Both the position numbers and the translations under genes were made by a program. The notes under the pieces are model-generated. The model made no database searches. It saw only the letters and a list, made by a program, of their open reading frames with translations, and was not told where the DNA came from. Below, piece after piece: positions 29,984 to 38,962 of a stretch of 64,000 bases of DNA. The DNA is from an uncultured Nitrospiraceae bacterium. Lineage in GTDB: Bacteria > Nitrospirota > Thermodesulfovibrionia > Thermodesulfovibrionales > UBA6898. Position 1 is the first letter of the stretch; each line of letters begins with the position of its first letter. The stretch lies in NCBI GenBank assembly GCA_963811165.1, contig CAWEQH010000009.1, positions 42,681 through 106,680 of the forward strand, in the 5' to 3' direction.

Positions 29984-31294
29984 ATGAAAAATGCAGGCGT
30001 AATGTGTGGCGGAGGGGTTACCGAATTTCCCAATCGACCGCTCATTTCGCTTTTTGCAATATTTTCCATCTTTCTTTTTTTCGGGGTTTCCTTTGCCGAT
30101 GATCTGAGGCTTAAGGACCTCATCGGGGAGGCGTTAGAGAAGAGCCCTGAGATCCTGGCCGCCCAAGCGAGGGCATCGGCAGCCAGGTTCAGGATACCCC
30201 AGGCAAAGAGTCTGCCTGACCCGATGCTTATGTTCGGCTACCAAAACGAGGGATTCAACCGGTACTCCTACGGCGAAACTCTGATGTCCCAGTGGATGTT
30301 CTCCGGCTCCCAGATGTTCCCGTTTCCGGGCAAATTGGGATTAAAGGGGCAGATTGCATCGAAGGACGCAGAAACCCTCGGCGACATAAAGACGTTTACG
30401 CGGCTGAAGGTGGTCTCGAAAATCAGGGAGGTCTACTATGACCTTTTTCTTGCCTATAAAAATATCGATCTGATAAAGGAGAGGCTTTCTCTTTTTTCGC
30501 AGATCGAGGACGCAGCGGTTGCGCGCTATTCATCGGGGATGGGATCACAGCAGGAGGTGCTGATGGCCCAGACCGAAAAGTATATGCTCCTTGAAAAGGA
30601 GGAGATGCTTAGGCAGAAGATCCAGTCGGCCGAGGCCATGTTGAATAGCACGGTGGGAAGGGACGTAAACGCCCCTCTGGGAAGACCTGTCGAGCCTGAA
30701 TATAATCCCTATGCCCGCACTGTTGATGAGATGCTGTTGCACGCCTATGAGAAATCTCCCGAGATAAAGGCCAAGGAGAGGATGGTTGCGGCCGCAGGAC
30801 TTAGGGTGGACCTGGCCAACAGGGAATATTATCCGGATTTTACGATCACGGCGGAGTACGACAAGAAGGGCGGACCCTTCATGGACATGTGGGCGCTTAC
30901 AACCACGATCAACATCCCCCTCTACTACAAAACCAAACAGAGGCAGGGCGTTTTGGAGGCCGAGGCGATGCAGCTGGAGGCGAGACAAGAGCTTCAGGCG
31001 ACGAAACTGATGATCGCTTCAAATATCAGGGACAATTATTCGATGATCAGGACTGCCGAGAGACTTATGGATTTATATAAGGGCGGTCTGATCCCCAAGT
31101 CCTATCAGGACTTCGAGTCCGCCCTTGCCGGATATGCGACTGGCAAGGCAGAGGCGTTGACCGTAATTTCGAGGCTGAAGTCCTTGATAGAATTCGAAAA
31201 CCTTTACTGGGTTCAGCTTGCCGAAAGGGAAAAGGCGATTGCAAGATGCGAATCGATCTCAGGCATCTCGGAGACCTTGGGGGAAGGGCGATGA
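29984..31294 (+). CDS. TolC family outer-membrane protein (CusC-like role)
   Basis: LPDPML, QMFPFPGKL and YYPDF motifs; upstream of the MFP and RND genes; start uncertain. Confidence 0.85.
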   Translation: MKNAGVMCGGGVTEFPNRPLISLFAIFSIFLFFGVSFADDLRLKDLIGEALEKSPEILAAQARASAARFRIPQAKSLPDPMLMFGYQNEGFNRYSYGETLMSQWMFSGSQMFPFPGKLGLKGQIASKDAETLGDIKTFTRLKVVSKIREVYYDLFLAYKNIDLIKERLSLFSQIEDAAVARYSSGMGSQQEVLMAQTEKYMLLEKEEMLRQKIQSAEAMLNSTVGRDVNAPLGRPVEPEYNPYARTVDEMLLHAYEKSPEIKAKERMVAAAGLRVDLANREYYPDFTITAEYDKKGGPFMDMWALTTTINIPLYYKTKQRQGVLEAEAMQLEARQELQATKLMIASNIRDNYSMIRTAERLMDLYKGGLIPKSYQDFESALAGYATGKAEALTVISRLKSLIEFENLYWVQLAEREKAIARCESISGISETLGEGR

Positions 31295-32553
31295 AAAAGA
31301 ACTATTTGATACTCACCGCTATAGTGGTCCTTATAGCAGGTGCATTATTTTACGCGATAAAGACGGGCCACGGCCCCGATAGCCGGAAGGCCACTCAGGT
31401 ATTACCAACAACTCAGGAGCATCAGACAGGGACGCCCACTTCGACTCAGCCCCAGGCGCAGGCCCCGCAGTCTGAACAGGAAGAGGAAACCCCTACAGTA
31501 GAAATACCGCCTGAAAAACAGCAGCTGATAGGCGTCAAGACAGCCGAGGTTTCGGTGAGGCCTCTGCGGAAGATCATAAGGACCGTCGGGCTGATCGAAT
31601 ACGACGAGAGAAGGATTGCGACCGTCAACACCAAGTTCGAAGGCTGGGTAGAAAAGCTTTATGTGGACTATAACGGAAAATACGTGAAAAAGGGCGAGCC
31701 CATGGCAGACGTCTATAGCCCTGAGCTTGTGGCCACCCAACAGGAGTTCATCAACCTGCTTAGGTGGGCAAAGAAGAGCAGTACCCCCCCGTCACCTTCC
31801 CTTGGTAAGGAGGAGAATGCGGTGGGGGATGCTTCTTTCACAGAGATGCTTGCCAGGGATGCCGGCGTGATGATCGAGGCTGCAAAACAGAGGCTCAGGT
31901 TATGGGACATCAACGAGGCCCAGATAAAAAAGATCGGTGAGAGCGGCAAGCCGATCAGGACACTCACTCTTTATAGCCCGGTAAACGGCTATGTTGTCCA
32001 GAAAACGGCGCTTCGGGGGATGAAGGTGATGCCGGGAGAAAAGCTGTTCGATATCGCCGACCTTTCGACTCTATGGGTAATTGCGGATATTTATGAAAGC
32101 GAGCTGGCGATGGTAAAGCCAGGTGAAATGGCGAAGATCACCCTGAGTTATTTTCCGGATAAAGAGTTCTCTTCACGTATCGATTATGTGTATCCCTCTA
32201 TCTCCGGAACGACCAGGAGCGCCAAGGTAAGGTTCGAGATCCCCAATTATGGGGGAAAGCTGAAGCCTCAGATGTATACCAATATCGAGGTGAAGATAGA
32301 GCTCGGCAGGAGGCTCTCGATACCGGATGATGCAGTCATCGATACCGGTACGAGACAGATTGTGTATGTCGATAAGGGCGACGGGAATTTCGAGCCTAGG
32401 GAAGTGGCACTCGGCGTCAGGGCGGAGGGGATGCGAGAGGTCATGATGGGATTGAAGGCGGGGGAGAAGGTGGCCTCCTCGGCGACGTTCCTTATTGATT
32501 CAGAGGCCCAGCTTAGGAATGTAACGCCGCTGAAAAGCAACAGGAAGAAGTAA
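31291..32553 (+). CDS. cusB: Heavy-metal RND periplasmic adaptor (CusB family)
   Basis: YSPELVATQQE, IADLSTLWV, LKPQMY and FLIDSEAQL motifs. Confidence 0.9.
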   Translation: MKKNYLILTAIVVLIAGALFYAIKTGHGPDSRKATQVLPTTQEHQTGTPTSTQPQAQAPQSEQEEETPTVEIPPEKQQLIGVKTAEVSVRPLRKIIRTVGLIEYDERRIATVNTKFEGWVEKLYVDYNGKYVKKGEPMADVYSPELVATQQEFINLLRWAKKSSTPPSPSLGKEENAVGDASFTEMLARDAGVMIEAAKQRLRLWDINEAQIKKIGESGKPIRTLTLYSPVNGYVVQKTALRGMKVMPGEKLFDIADLSTLWVIADIYESELAMVKPGEMAKITLSYFPDKEFSSRIDYVYPSISGTTRSAKVRFEIPNYGGKLKPQMYTNIEVKIELGRRLSIPDDAVIDTGTRQIVYVDKGDGNFEPREVALGVRAEGMREVMMGLKAGEKVASSATFLIDSEAQLRNVTPLKSNRKK

Positions 32554-32554
32554 G

Positions 32555-32668
32555 CAGCGAAAAGTGAAAAGTGAAACGAGACAAGGCGAAAAATAAATTA
32601 ATGACATCAAGTTATATGCCTGATGTTTTTTTCTGTTCACCATTTACTATTCACTATTTACCGACTTT
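32555..32668. repeat. Heptamer-repeat hairpin region between cusB and cusA
   Basis: GCGAAAA-GTGAAAA-GTGAAAC at left; complementary-type TTCACCA-TTTACTA-TTCACTA-TTTACCG at right. Confidence 0.5.
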
Positions 32669-35600
32669 ATGATCTCCAAAATCATCGAATATAGCGCCCG
32701 GAACAAGTTCATCGTCTTTCTGACGGTCGGATTTCTTATTGTATGGGGGATATGGGCGATCAAAAATATCCCGCTCGATGCGATACCGGACCTGAGCGAC
32801 ACCCAGGTGATCATCTTCACCGACTGGCCCGGCAGAAGCCCCGATCTTGTCGAAAACCAGGTCACCTATCCCATTACCTCGACACTTCTGGCTGCGCCGA
32901 AGGTCCAGGCCGTGCGCGGCTTTTCTTTCCTGGGCAGTTCTTTTATCTATGTCATCTTCGAAGAAGGTACGGATATTTATTGGGCCAGGAGCCGCGTGCT
33001 CGAATATATAGACTCGGTAAAAGGGAAGCTTCCTTCCGGCGTGAGCCCTGTGCTCGGTCCGGACGCAACGAGCCTCGGATGGGGCTTTAGTTACGCCGTG
33101 GTCGATGAAACGGGCGGGCACGACCTTTCGCAGCTGAGGTCTATTCAGGACTGGAATATCAAACTCGCTCTCGAAAGCGTGCAGGGTGTGTCTCAGGTGG
33201 CGAGTGTGGGCGGGTTCGTAAAACAGTATCAGGTGAATATAGACCCGAACCGCCTTGCGGCGTATAACGTGCCGATCATGAAGGTGGTCGACGCCGTCCG
33301 GGCGAGCAACAAAGACGTAGAGGGAAGGGTCGTCGAATTCTCCGGAGCAGAGTACATGGTGAGGGGACGCGGATATATAAGAAATGTTCAGGACATCGAA
33401 AATATCTCGGTAGGCACGAACGGCGCGGGCTCGCCGGTCCTGGTGCGGGACGTTGCGACGGTCCAGCTCGGCCCCGACATGAGAAGGGGCATTGCCGAAC
33501 TCGACGGCAAGGGGGAAGTGGCGGGAGGCATAGTCGTAGTCCGCTTCGGAGAGAATGTGTTGAACGTGATCGAACGCGTCAAGGCAAAGATCGCTAAGGA
33601 CATCCAGCCGTCGCTGCCTAAAGGCGTCAGGATTGTAACGACATACGACAGGTCGGACCTGATCCACAGGTCGATAGAAACGCTTAGGGAAGAGATAATA
33701 AAGCTCTCCATAGCGGTGAGCGTGGTCTGCCTCGTCTTTCTCTTTCATCTTCCGAGCGCACTGGTGGTGATATTGACCCTGCCGGTTTCGATAGTGATCT
33801 CCTTTATCTGCATGTATTACCTGGGCGTTACCTCAAACATCATGAGCTTGGGCGGCATAGCCATCGCCATAGGTGCAATGGTCGACGCCTCGATCATTAT
33901 GGTCGAAAACGCGCATAAGAAGATGGAGGAATGGATCTGTGACGGCAGAAGGAGATGCAGCAGGACCGACGTGATCATCGACGCGGCTAAAGAAGTTGGA
34001 CCGTCTCTCTTTTTCTCTCTTTTGGTAATCACCGTCGGCTTTCTTCCGGTATTTACCCTACAGGCCCAGGCAGGCAGGCTATTTAAGCCGCTGGCCTTCA
34101 CAAAGACCTTTGCGATGCTCTTTGCATCCTTCCTTGCGATCACGCTTACCCCGGTGCTGATGGATCTCTTTATCCGCGGGAACATCAAACCGGAGGGCGA
34201 AAACCCGATCGTCAAATTCCTTGGCAAGTTTTATAAGCCGAGGGTGCATTTTTCCCTGAGGCACAGCTGGCCGATCGTCATCGTTGCGATGTTAATCGTT
34301 ACCATTACCGGCATCATATTCATATTTCCTATGTTCGGCATCACGGTCCTACCCTCAGTGAAACTCGGCTCAGAATTTCAGCCTCCACTAAATGAGGGGA
34401 CGCTCTTTTATATGCCTGTCACCGTGCCAGGTGCTTCAGTATCGGAGGCGTCAAGACTCCTAGTGATGCAGGACAGGCTGCTTAAAACCATCCCTGAAGT
34501 TTCACAGGTCTTCGGAAAAGCCGGAAGGGCGGAGACGGCCACTGATCCCGCTCCCCTTGAGATGTTTGAGACTGTTGTCAATCTCAAACCCGAGTCGCAA
34601 TGGCGGAAGGGCATGGATGTGGATACACTCAAAAACGAGATAAACGATGTCCTGACCATCCCCGGCGTGTCAAATACGATTACTATGCCTATAAAGGCGC
34701 GGATTGATATGAACGCTACGGGTATGAAGACGAATGTCGGCGTAAAGGTCATCGGGCCGAAGCTTGATGAAATCGAAAGGGTCTCGAAACAGGTGGAGGA
34801 CGCGATCAAAGATATCCCCGGCACGCGAAGTACGTATGCAGAGAGGGTCGGGACCGGCTATTTCCTCGATATAATCCCTAAGCGTGAGGAAATAGCCCGC
34901 TACGGCCTTTCGATAAACGATGTTCAGGACGTGGTCGAGACATCACTTGGAGGTATGAATGTCACGACTACGGTCGAGGGCAGGGAACGCTATCCGGTGA
35001 ACGTGAGGTATATGAGGGAATTGAGGAACGACATAGAAAAGATAAAGAGGATACTCGTGCCCGTCACACTTTCAACCGGTCCCTCAGGCGGTCCGTCAGG
35101 TATGGGAGGCCCTGTGCAGGCTGAAGCCGCAGATCGCATCCCGCTCGGTGAGATCGCCGACATTTCTCTCATTAAAGGCCCTACGGCGATCAAGAGCGAG
35201 GAGGGACTTCTTGCAAACTATGTCTACGTCGATTATTCAGGGGGCGACCTCGGAGGATATGTGGAGGCCGCGATGAAAAAGGTCGCCTCGGCGGTCAAAC
35301 TGCCGGAGGGCTACAGGCTTCTCTGGAGCGGCGAATACGAATATATCGTAAAGATGCATGAGAGGCTGAAGACGGTGATCCCCCTCACACTCGTTATCAT
35401 CTTCGTCCTTCTCTATTTTAATACGAAGTCCGTCACAAAGACGTTCATCGTGCTCCTCGCCGTGCCTTTTTCACTCGTCGGATCTTTCTGGTTCCTTTAT
35501 TTTCTCAACTACAACATGAGCATCGCGGTATGGGTCGGCATGATCGCCCTTGCCGGACTCGATGCCGAGACAGGTGTCGTAATGCTCCTTTATCTCGATC

Positions 35601-35917
35601 TCGCCTACGAGCAATGGAAGAAGGAAGAAAGGATGAAGACCGTGGCCGACCTTGACGATGCGATCATGCACGGGGCGGTAAAGAGGATACGGCCGAAGCT
35701 TATGACCGTCGGTGTTATCCTCGCCGGCCTTATCCCGATCATGTTCAGCCACGGTGCCGGCTCAGACGTCATGAAGAGGATCGCGGCGCCGATGATCGGC
35801 GGTGTCGTCACTTCAGAAATCCTGGAGCTGACTATATATCCTGCTATCTATAAGATATGGAGGAGAAGGGAGCTGACGCCGGCTGATCCAAATCCACCAT
35901 CAAAAATATCTGCATGA
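32669..35917 (+). CDS. cusA: CusA family Cu(I)/Ag(I) RND transporter
   Basis: DAIPDLSDTQV and GPDATSLGW motifs; Met-triad equivalents in LFYMP, PLEMFET and ITMPI. Confidence 0.93.
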   Translation: MISKIIEYSARNKFIVFLTVGFLIVWGIWAIKNIPLDAIPDLSDTQVIIFTDWPGRSPDLVENQVTYPITSTLLAAPKVQAVRGFSFLGSSFIYVIFEEGTDIYWARSRVLEYIDSVKGKLPSGVSPVLGPDATSLGWGFSYAVVDETGGHDLSQLRSIQDWNIKLALESVQGVSQVASVGGFVKQYQVNIDPNRLAAYNVPIMKVVDAVRASNKDVEGRVVEFSGAEYMVRGRGYIRNVQDIENISVGTNGAGSPVLVRDVATVQLGPDMRRGIAELDGKGEVAGGIVVVRFGENVLNVIERVKAKIAKDIQPSLPKGVRIVTTYDRSDLIHRSIETLREEIIKLSIAVSVVCLVFLFHLPSALVVILTLPVSIVISFICMYYLGVTSNIMSLGGIAIAIGAMVDASIIMVENAHKKMEEWICDGRRRCSRTDVIIDAAKEVGPSLFFSLLVITVGFLPVFTLQAQAGRLFKPLAFTKTFAMLFASFLAITLTPVLMDLFIRGNIKPEGENPIVKFLGKFYKPRVHFSLRHSWPIVIVAMLIVTITGIIFIFPMFGITVLPSVKLGSEFQPPLNEGTLFYMPVTVPGASVSEASRLLVMQDRLLKTIPEVSQVFGKAGRAETATDPAPLEMFETVVNLKPESQWRKGMDVDTLKNEINDVLTIPGVSNTITMPIKARIDMNATGMKTNVGVKVIGPKLDEIERVSKQVEDAIKDIPGTRSTYAERVGTGYFLDIIPKREEIARYGLSINDVQDVVETSLGGMNVTTTVEGRERYPVNVRYMRELRNDIEKIKRILVPVTLSTGPSGGPSGMGGPVQAEAADRIPLGEIADISLIKGPTAIKSEEGLLANYVYVDYSGGDLGGYVEAAMKKVASAVKLPEGYRLLWSGEYEYIVKMHERLKTVIPLTLVIIFVLLYFNTKSVTKTFIVLLAVPFSLVGSFWFLYFLNYNMSIAVWVGMIALAGLDAETGVVMLLYLDLAYEQWKKEERMKTVADLDDAIMHGAVKRIRPKLMTVGVILAGLIPIMFSHGAGSDVMKRIAAPMIGGVVTSEILELTIYPAIYKIWRRRELTPADPNPPSKISA

Positions 35918-36052
35918 GGATGGCACCGTTGCGCGTCACCGCGAAGGCGATACAATACGCGCCGCTGAAACTGTAGTGTCCTCATTTGATTGGGACACTG
36001 CCAACCGCTCTGATGCCGTCCCTCACGCAAACGTGAGGGTGGTATGACAGGA

Positions 36053-36081
36053 TTGACATAAGTTATTCGAAATATTATAAC
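36053..36081 (+). promoter_or_regulatory. sigma70 promoter with an overlapping palindrome
   Basis: TTGACA-17 nt-TATAAC; AGTTAT..ATAACT inverted repeat. Confidence 0.65.
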
Positions 36082-36086
36082 TATGT

Positions 36087-36311
36087 ATGATCCTGGTCCT
36101 CGGATTAGTCCCCTTTTTGACGCTCCTGTTTTCTGCGCTCGTCCTTGGAAATGCCGGCAGAAATCCCAAAGAAAAAATTACCCTTTTTTTTTACAGCCCC
36201 TCAGATACCGACAGGGAGTCGGCCAACCTTATTGCAGCGCTCAGGTTTTTCTTCTGGATCTCCCTTCTTGTCTCGGCATGGATGATTTACGGAGCACTGA
36301 GAAGCGGCTGA
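36087..36311 (+). CDS. Small two-TM hypothetical protein
   Basis: 74 aa with two hydrophobic segments; starts 6 nt after a strong -10 box. Confidence 0.55.
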   Translation: MILVLGLVPFLTLLFSALVLGNAGRNPKEKITLFFYSPSDTDRESANLIAALRFFFWISLLVSAWMIYGALRSG

Positions 36312-36488
36312 TTACCGACGGGAACGCGTTGCACTGAACTGCTGACAGCGCTTGCCTTTTTCTTTATTTTTTAAACATTATATAGGGACAAATGAGACAT
36401 ATCTTTTTTTTGCGTCATCTGACGGGATACATTTCGAGGCGGCTTAATAGTAAAGGACTGCGAGTTTTGCCTTAGGCCGGCGAGGACT

Positions 36489-36920
36489 ATGATAAGGAAT
36501 AAACATTCTGTTTTATGTTGTCTGCTCCTTGTCTATTTTGTTGTATATGCGGTATCACCGCTTTCCTATACGTATACCGCCGGTAAAATTGTAGACAAGA
36601 TCTGCGGCACGAACGGTTCGTCTGCTTTCGCGGAAACCCTGAATATATTTTTGCTGGAAGTCATCTGCGCCAAAATAGAGGCAAAGAACGATGCCGATCA
36701 AACCAATTCTACGGCCAGGGTCCTCATCAGAAAGGCCCGTGCGATCCTGCCCGAAAATACCAATTTGCGGTCTAGTCCTTTTGACAGTGTATCGCTGTCC
36801 GGATATGTTACGTCGTGCTGCTATAGTTCTTTGTCGAAGGTCGTGGACCATTCGAATGAGCAACATTCCACTTGTGAATTCAATCCCCTGCATTCAGGGC
36901 CTGCCCCTCCGTCAGTATAA
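36489..36920 (+). CDS. Hypothetical protein with N-terminal TM segment and C-terminal HSGPAPP
   Basis: 143 aa, GAGGA RBS, Cys-rich. Confidence 0.6.
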   Translation: MIRNKHSVLCCLLLVYFVVYAVSPLSYTYTAGKIVDKICGTNGSSAFAETLNIFLLEVICAKIEAKNDADQTNSTARVLIRKARAILPENTNLRSSPFDSVSLSGYVTSCCYSSLSKVVDHSNEQHSTCEFNPLHSGPAPPSV

Positions 36921-37059
36921 TCAAAAAGGCATATTTTCTTTCAATGTGGCGAGTCTATTGTACAAGGGAAGAATTTTGACCCTTTCCGTGGTGTCATTTG
37001 GATGAGAGAGTGGAGGGGATTTTTTATGTCCCTTTGATGATAAATAAAACGGAGGCAAA

Positions 37060-37617
37060 ATGAAGAAGATACTTTCAATTTTAGCGATAGCAGGTATTAT
37101 TATCTCAGGATGTGCGAGCAAGGGCACGGTAAAAGAGACAAGTCAGCCCCAACAAAAAGCTGCAGAGCAGGAGCAGGTCAAGGATAAGATGGCGGAGAAG
37201 AAGGTGTCCCAGGAACCAGTTTCATCAAAAGAGTCTGCAGATCTGGATTCTCTTAGGCTTATCAGGGAAATGCAGGCAAAGATGAAGGACATCCATTTCG
37301 ATTTTGACAGATATGCCATAAGAAATGACGATAGACCCATTCTTAAGGAAGTCGCCGAAACACTCAGAAAAAATAGTTTGGTGAAAGTCTCGATTGAGGG
37401 AAATTGTGACGAAAGAGGCACTAACGAGTACAATTTGGCCCTGGGGGACAGAAGGGCAACCGCTGCCAAGGACTTTCTTTTGTCACTTGGGATACAAGCC
37501 GGCAGAATGGATACGGTAAGTTACGGCGAGGAAAAGCCTCTTTGTACCGAAAACAACGAGACTTGTTGGGCTAAAAACAGAAGAGACCATTTTGCCCTGG
37601 AAGGAGGCAAGCACTGA
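37060..37617 (+). CDS. pal: Peptidoglycan-associated lipoprotein (OmpA family)
   Basis: Lipobox ISGC; IHFDFD, EGNCDERGTNEYNLALGDRRA, SYGEEKP and KNRR motifs. Confidence 0.9.
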   Translation: MKKILSILAIAGIIISGCASKGTVKETSQPQQKAAEQEQVKDKMAEKKVSQEPVSSKESADLDSLRLIREMQAKMKDIHFDFDRYAIRNDDRPILKEVAETLRKNSLVKVSIEGNCDERGTNEYNLALGDRRATAAKDFLLSLGIQAGRMDTVSYGEEKPLCTENNETCWAKNRRDHFALEGGKH

Positions 37618-37849
37618 CGCGTTATACTGCACTGACTTAATTCCAGGGGAAGCAATTTTTCAGAGGGGCGCAGGCATCTGACCTGTGCCCCGGCATTCCT
37701 TGCTGTTCTCCACTAGTTTTGCGAATACACTTTCTCTGTTTTGTCGGTTGAACGATGGACATTTAATAAATGAGAAAAAGGGTTCTCGAGGGTTCTGCCT
37801 TCTTAACAAGAGAAAAGTAATAAGCGATTATCGCCCAATGCTAAATTAG

Positions 37850-38083
37850 TTATTTATTATTCTCTTTCTTGTCTTCAGGCTGAGCACCCTTCTTCAATTC
37901 CTTCTTTTTATCACCGACATCAGAGTTAGCACGCATGTCTTTACTGCAATGCTTCGCATGATCTGTTATGGTAACAGTTTCTTTTCTTTGGTCATCCTGA
38001 TTGTTGTTTGTGCTGCCGCTATTTGCAAAAGCGCCTCCAGCGAAAGCAAGTATCATTACTCCTGTCATAAGAAGCCTCTTCAT
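37850..38083 (-). CDS. Small secreted hypothetical protein
   Basis: AGGAGG RBS, signal peptide ending AFA, HAKHCSKDM. Confidence 0.65.
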   Translation of the reverse strand: MKRLLMTGVMILAFAGGAFANSGSTNNNQDDQRKETVTITDHAKHCSKDMRANSDVGDKKKELKKGAQPEDKKENNK

Positions 38084-38113
38084 TACAACCTCCTCTTTGT
38101 TGTTTTCCTTTCT

Positions 38114-38953
38114 TTACTCCGCGGGTCCAAGATAGGGAAGAGCCCCCTTGTCCTGGCTCGGTTCCCTGTAGACATTGACGACAAAATCAACCCTCCTAAT
38201 TGTCCCGTTATGTTTAAACTCTGCAAAGACTGCATGCTTGCCCGGCCTCATAAACACAATGCTGACGGCAACATCAGGACCACCGAGGTTCTGTTTGGGC
38301 GTCATATATATAAATTCTTTCAGGTCCTCATCCCACGCTGCAACCTGTATGTCGGCACCGTCCATCTTTTCGATATCCTTCAGAGGCTTCCCCTTGTAGC
38401 TTATCTCGTAAAGAAAGGTGCCGACGTGGTCCGCATAGATCTTCTTGGGATATAGCTTTACCTTTACATCGTAGTTCTCATCACCGGGCTTCGAAGCGGG
38501 TTCCGCCCTACCATCGGCTTTTTGCAACCTTATATCCTTTCGGAGATTTACCCAGCCCGTATCTGTCCTGAATACCACCTCAAACCGATATTTGCCGGTT
38601 GCTGGCGCCGCGAAATTGAATAAGTATTTGCCGGCACCGTTGGTTACAGGTCTGACGTGGGCAAAGGTATGAAGGTCTTCGTCCGTTATGAAGACATTCA
38701 TATCATCTATTTTGACGGATGATTCCCTTTTCACCTCAAACGAAAACTGATCATTCAGCCCTGCTGTCGGGCCGCCATATTCCATTACAAGTTCATACCC
38801 ACCGGGATTCCTCACAACATGCCATATATAGGGTTTCTCGTTGTGAGTATCGGGGATGATAAGCACCTCTTTGTCAAGATCGAGGTCTGCCCCTGCTGTC
38901 GCTGTCAACCCAAGGACGATGAAGATTATGCCCGCGAAGACTTGTGTAATCAT
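38114..38953 (-). CDS. Exported protein with two repeated Ig-like (YtkA-like) units
   Basis: Internal repeat ITDEDLHTFAHVRP..GKYRFEVVF / AWDEDLKEFIYMTP..PGKHAVFAEF. Confidence 0.7.
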   Translation of the reverse strand: MITQVFAGIIFIVLGLTATAGADLDLDKEVLIIPDTHNEKPYIWHVVRNPGGYELVMEYGGPTAGLNDQFSFEVKRESSVKIDDMNVFITDEDLHTFAHVRPVTNGAGKYLFNFAAPATGKYRFEVVFRTDTGWVNLRKDIRLQKADGRAEPASKPGDENYDVKVKLYPKKIYADHVGTFLYEISYKGKPLKDIEKMDGADIQVAAWDEDLKEFIYMTPKQNLGGPDVAVSIVFMRPGKHAVFAEFKHNGTIRRVDFVVNVYREPSQDKGALPYLGPAE

Positions 38954-38962
38954 TTTTCCCCC

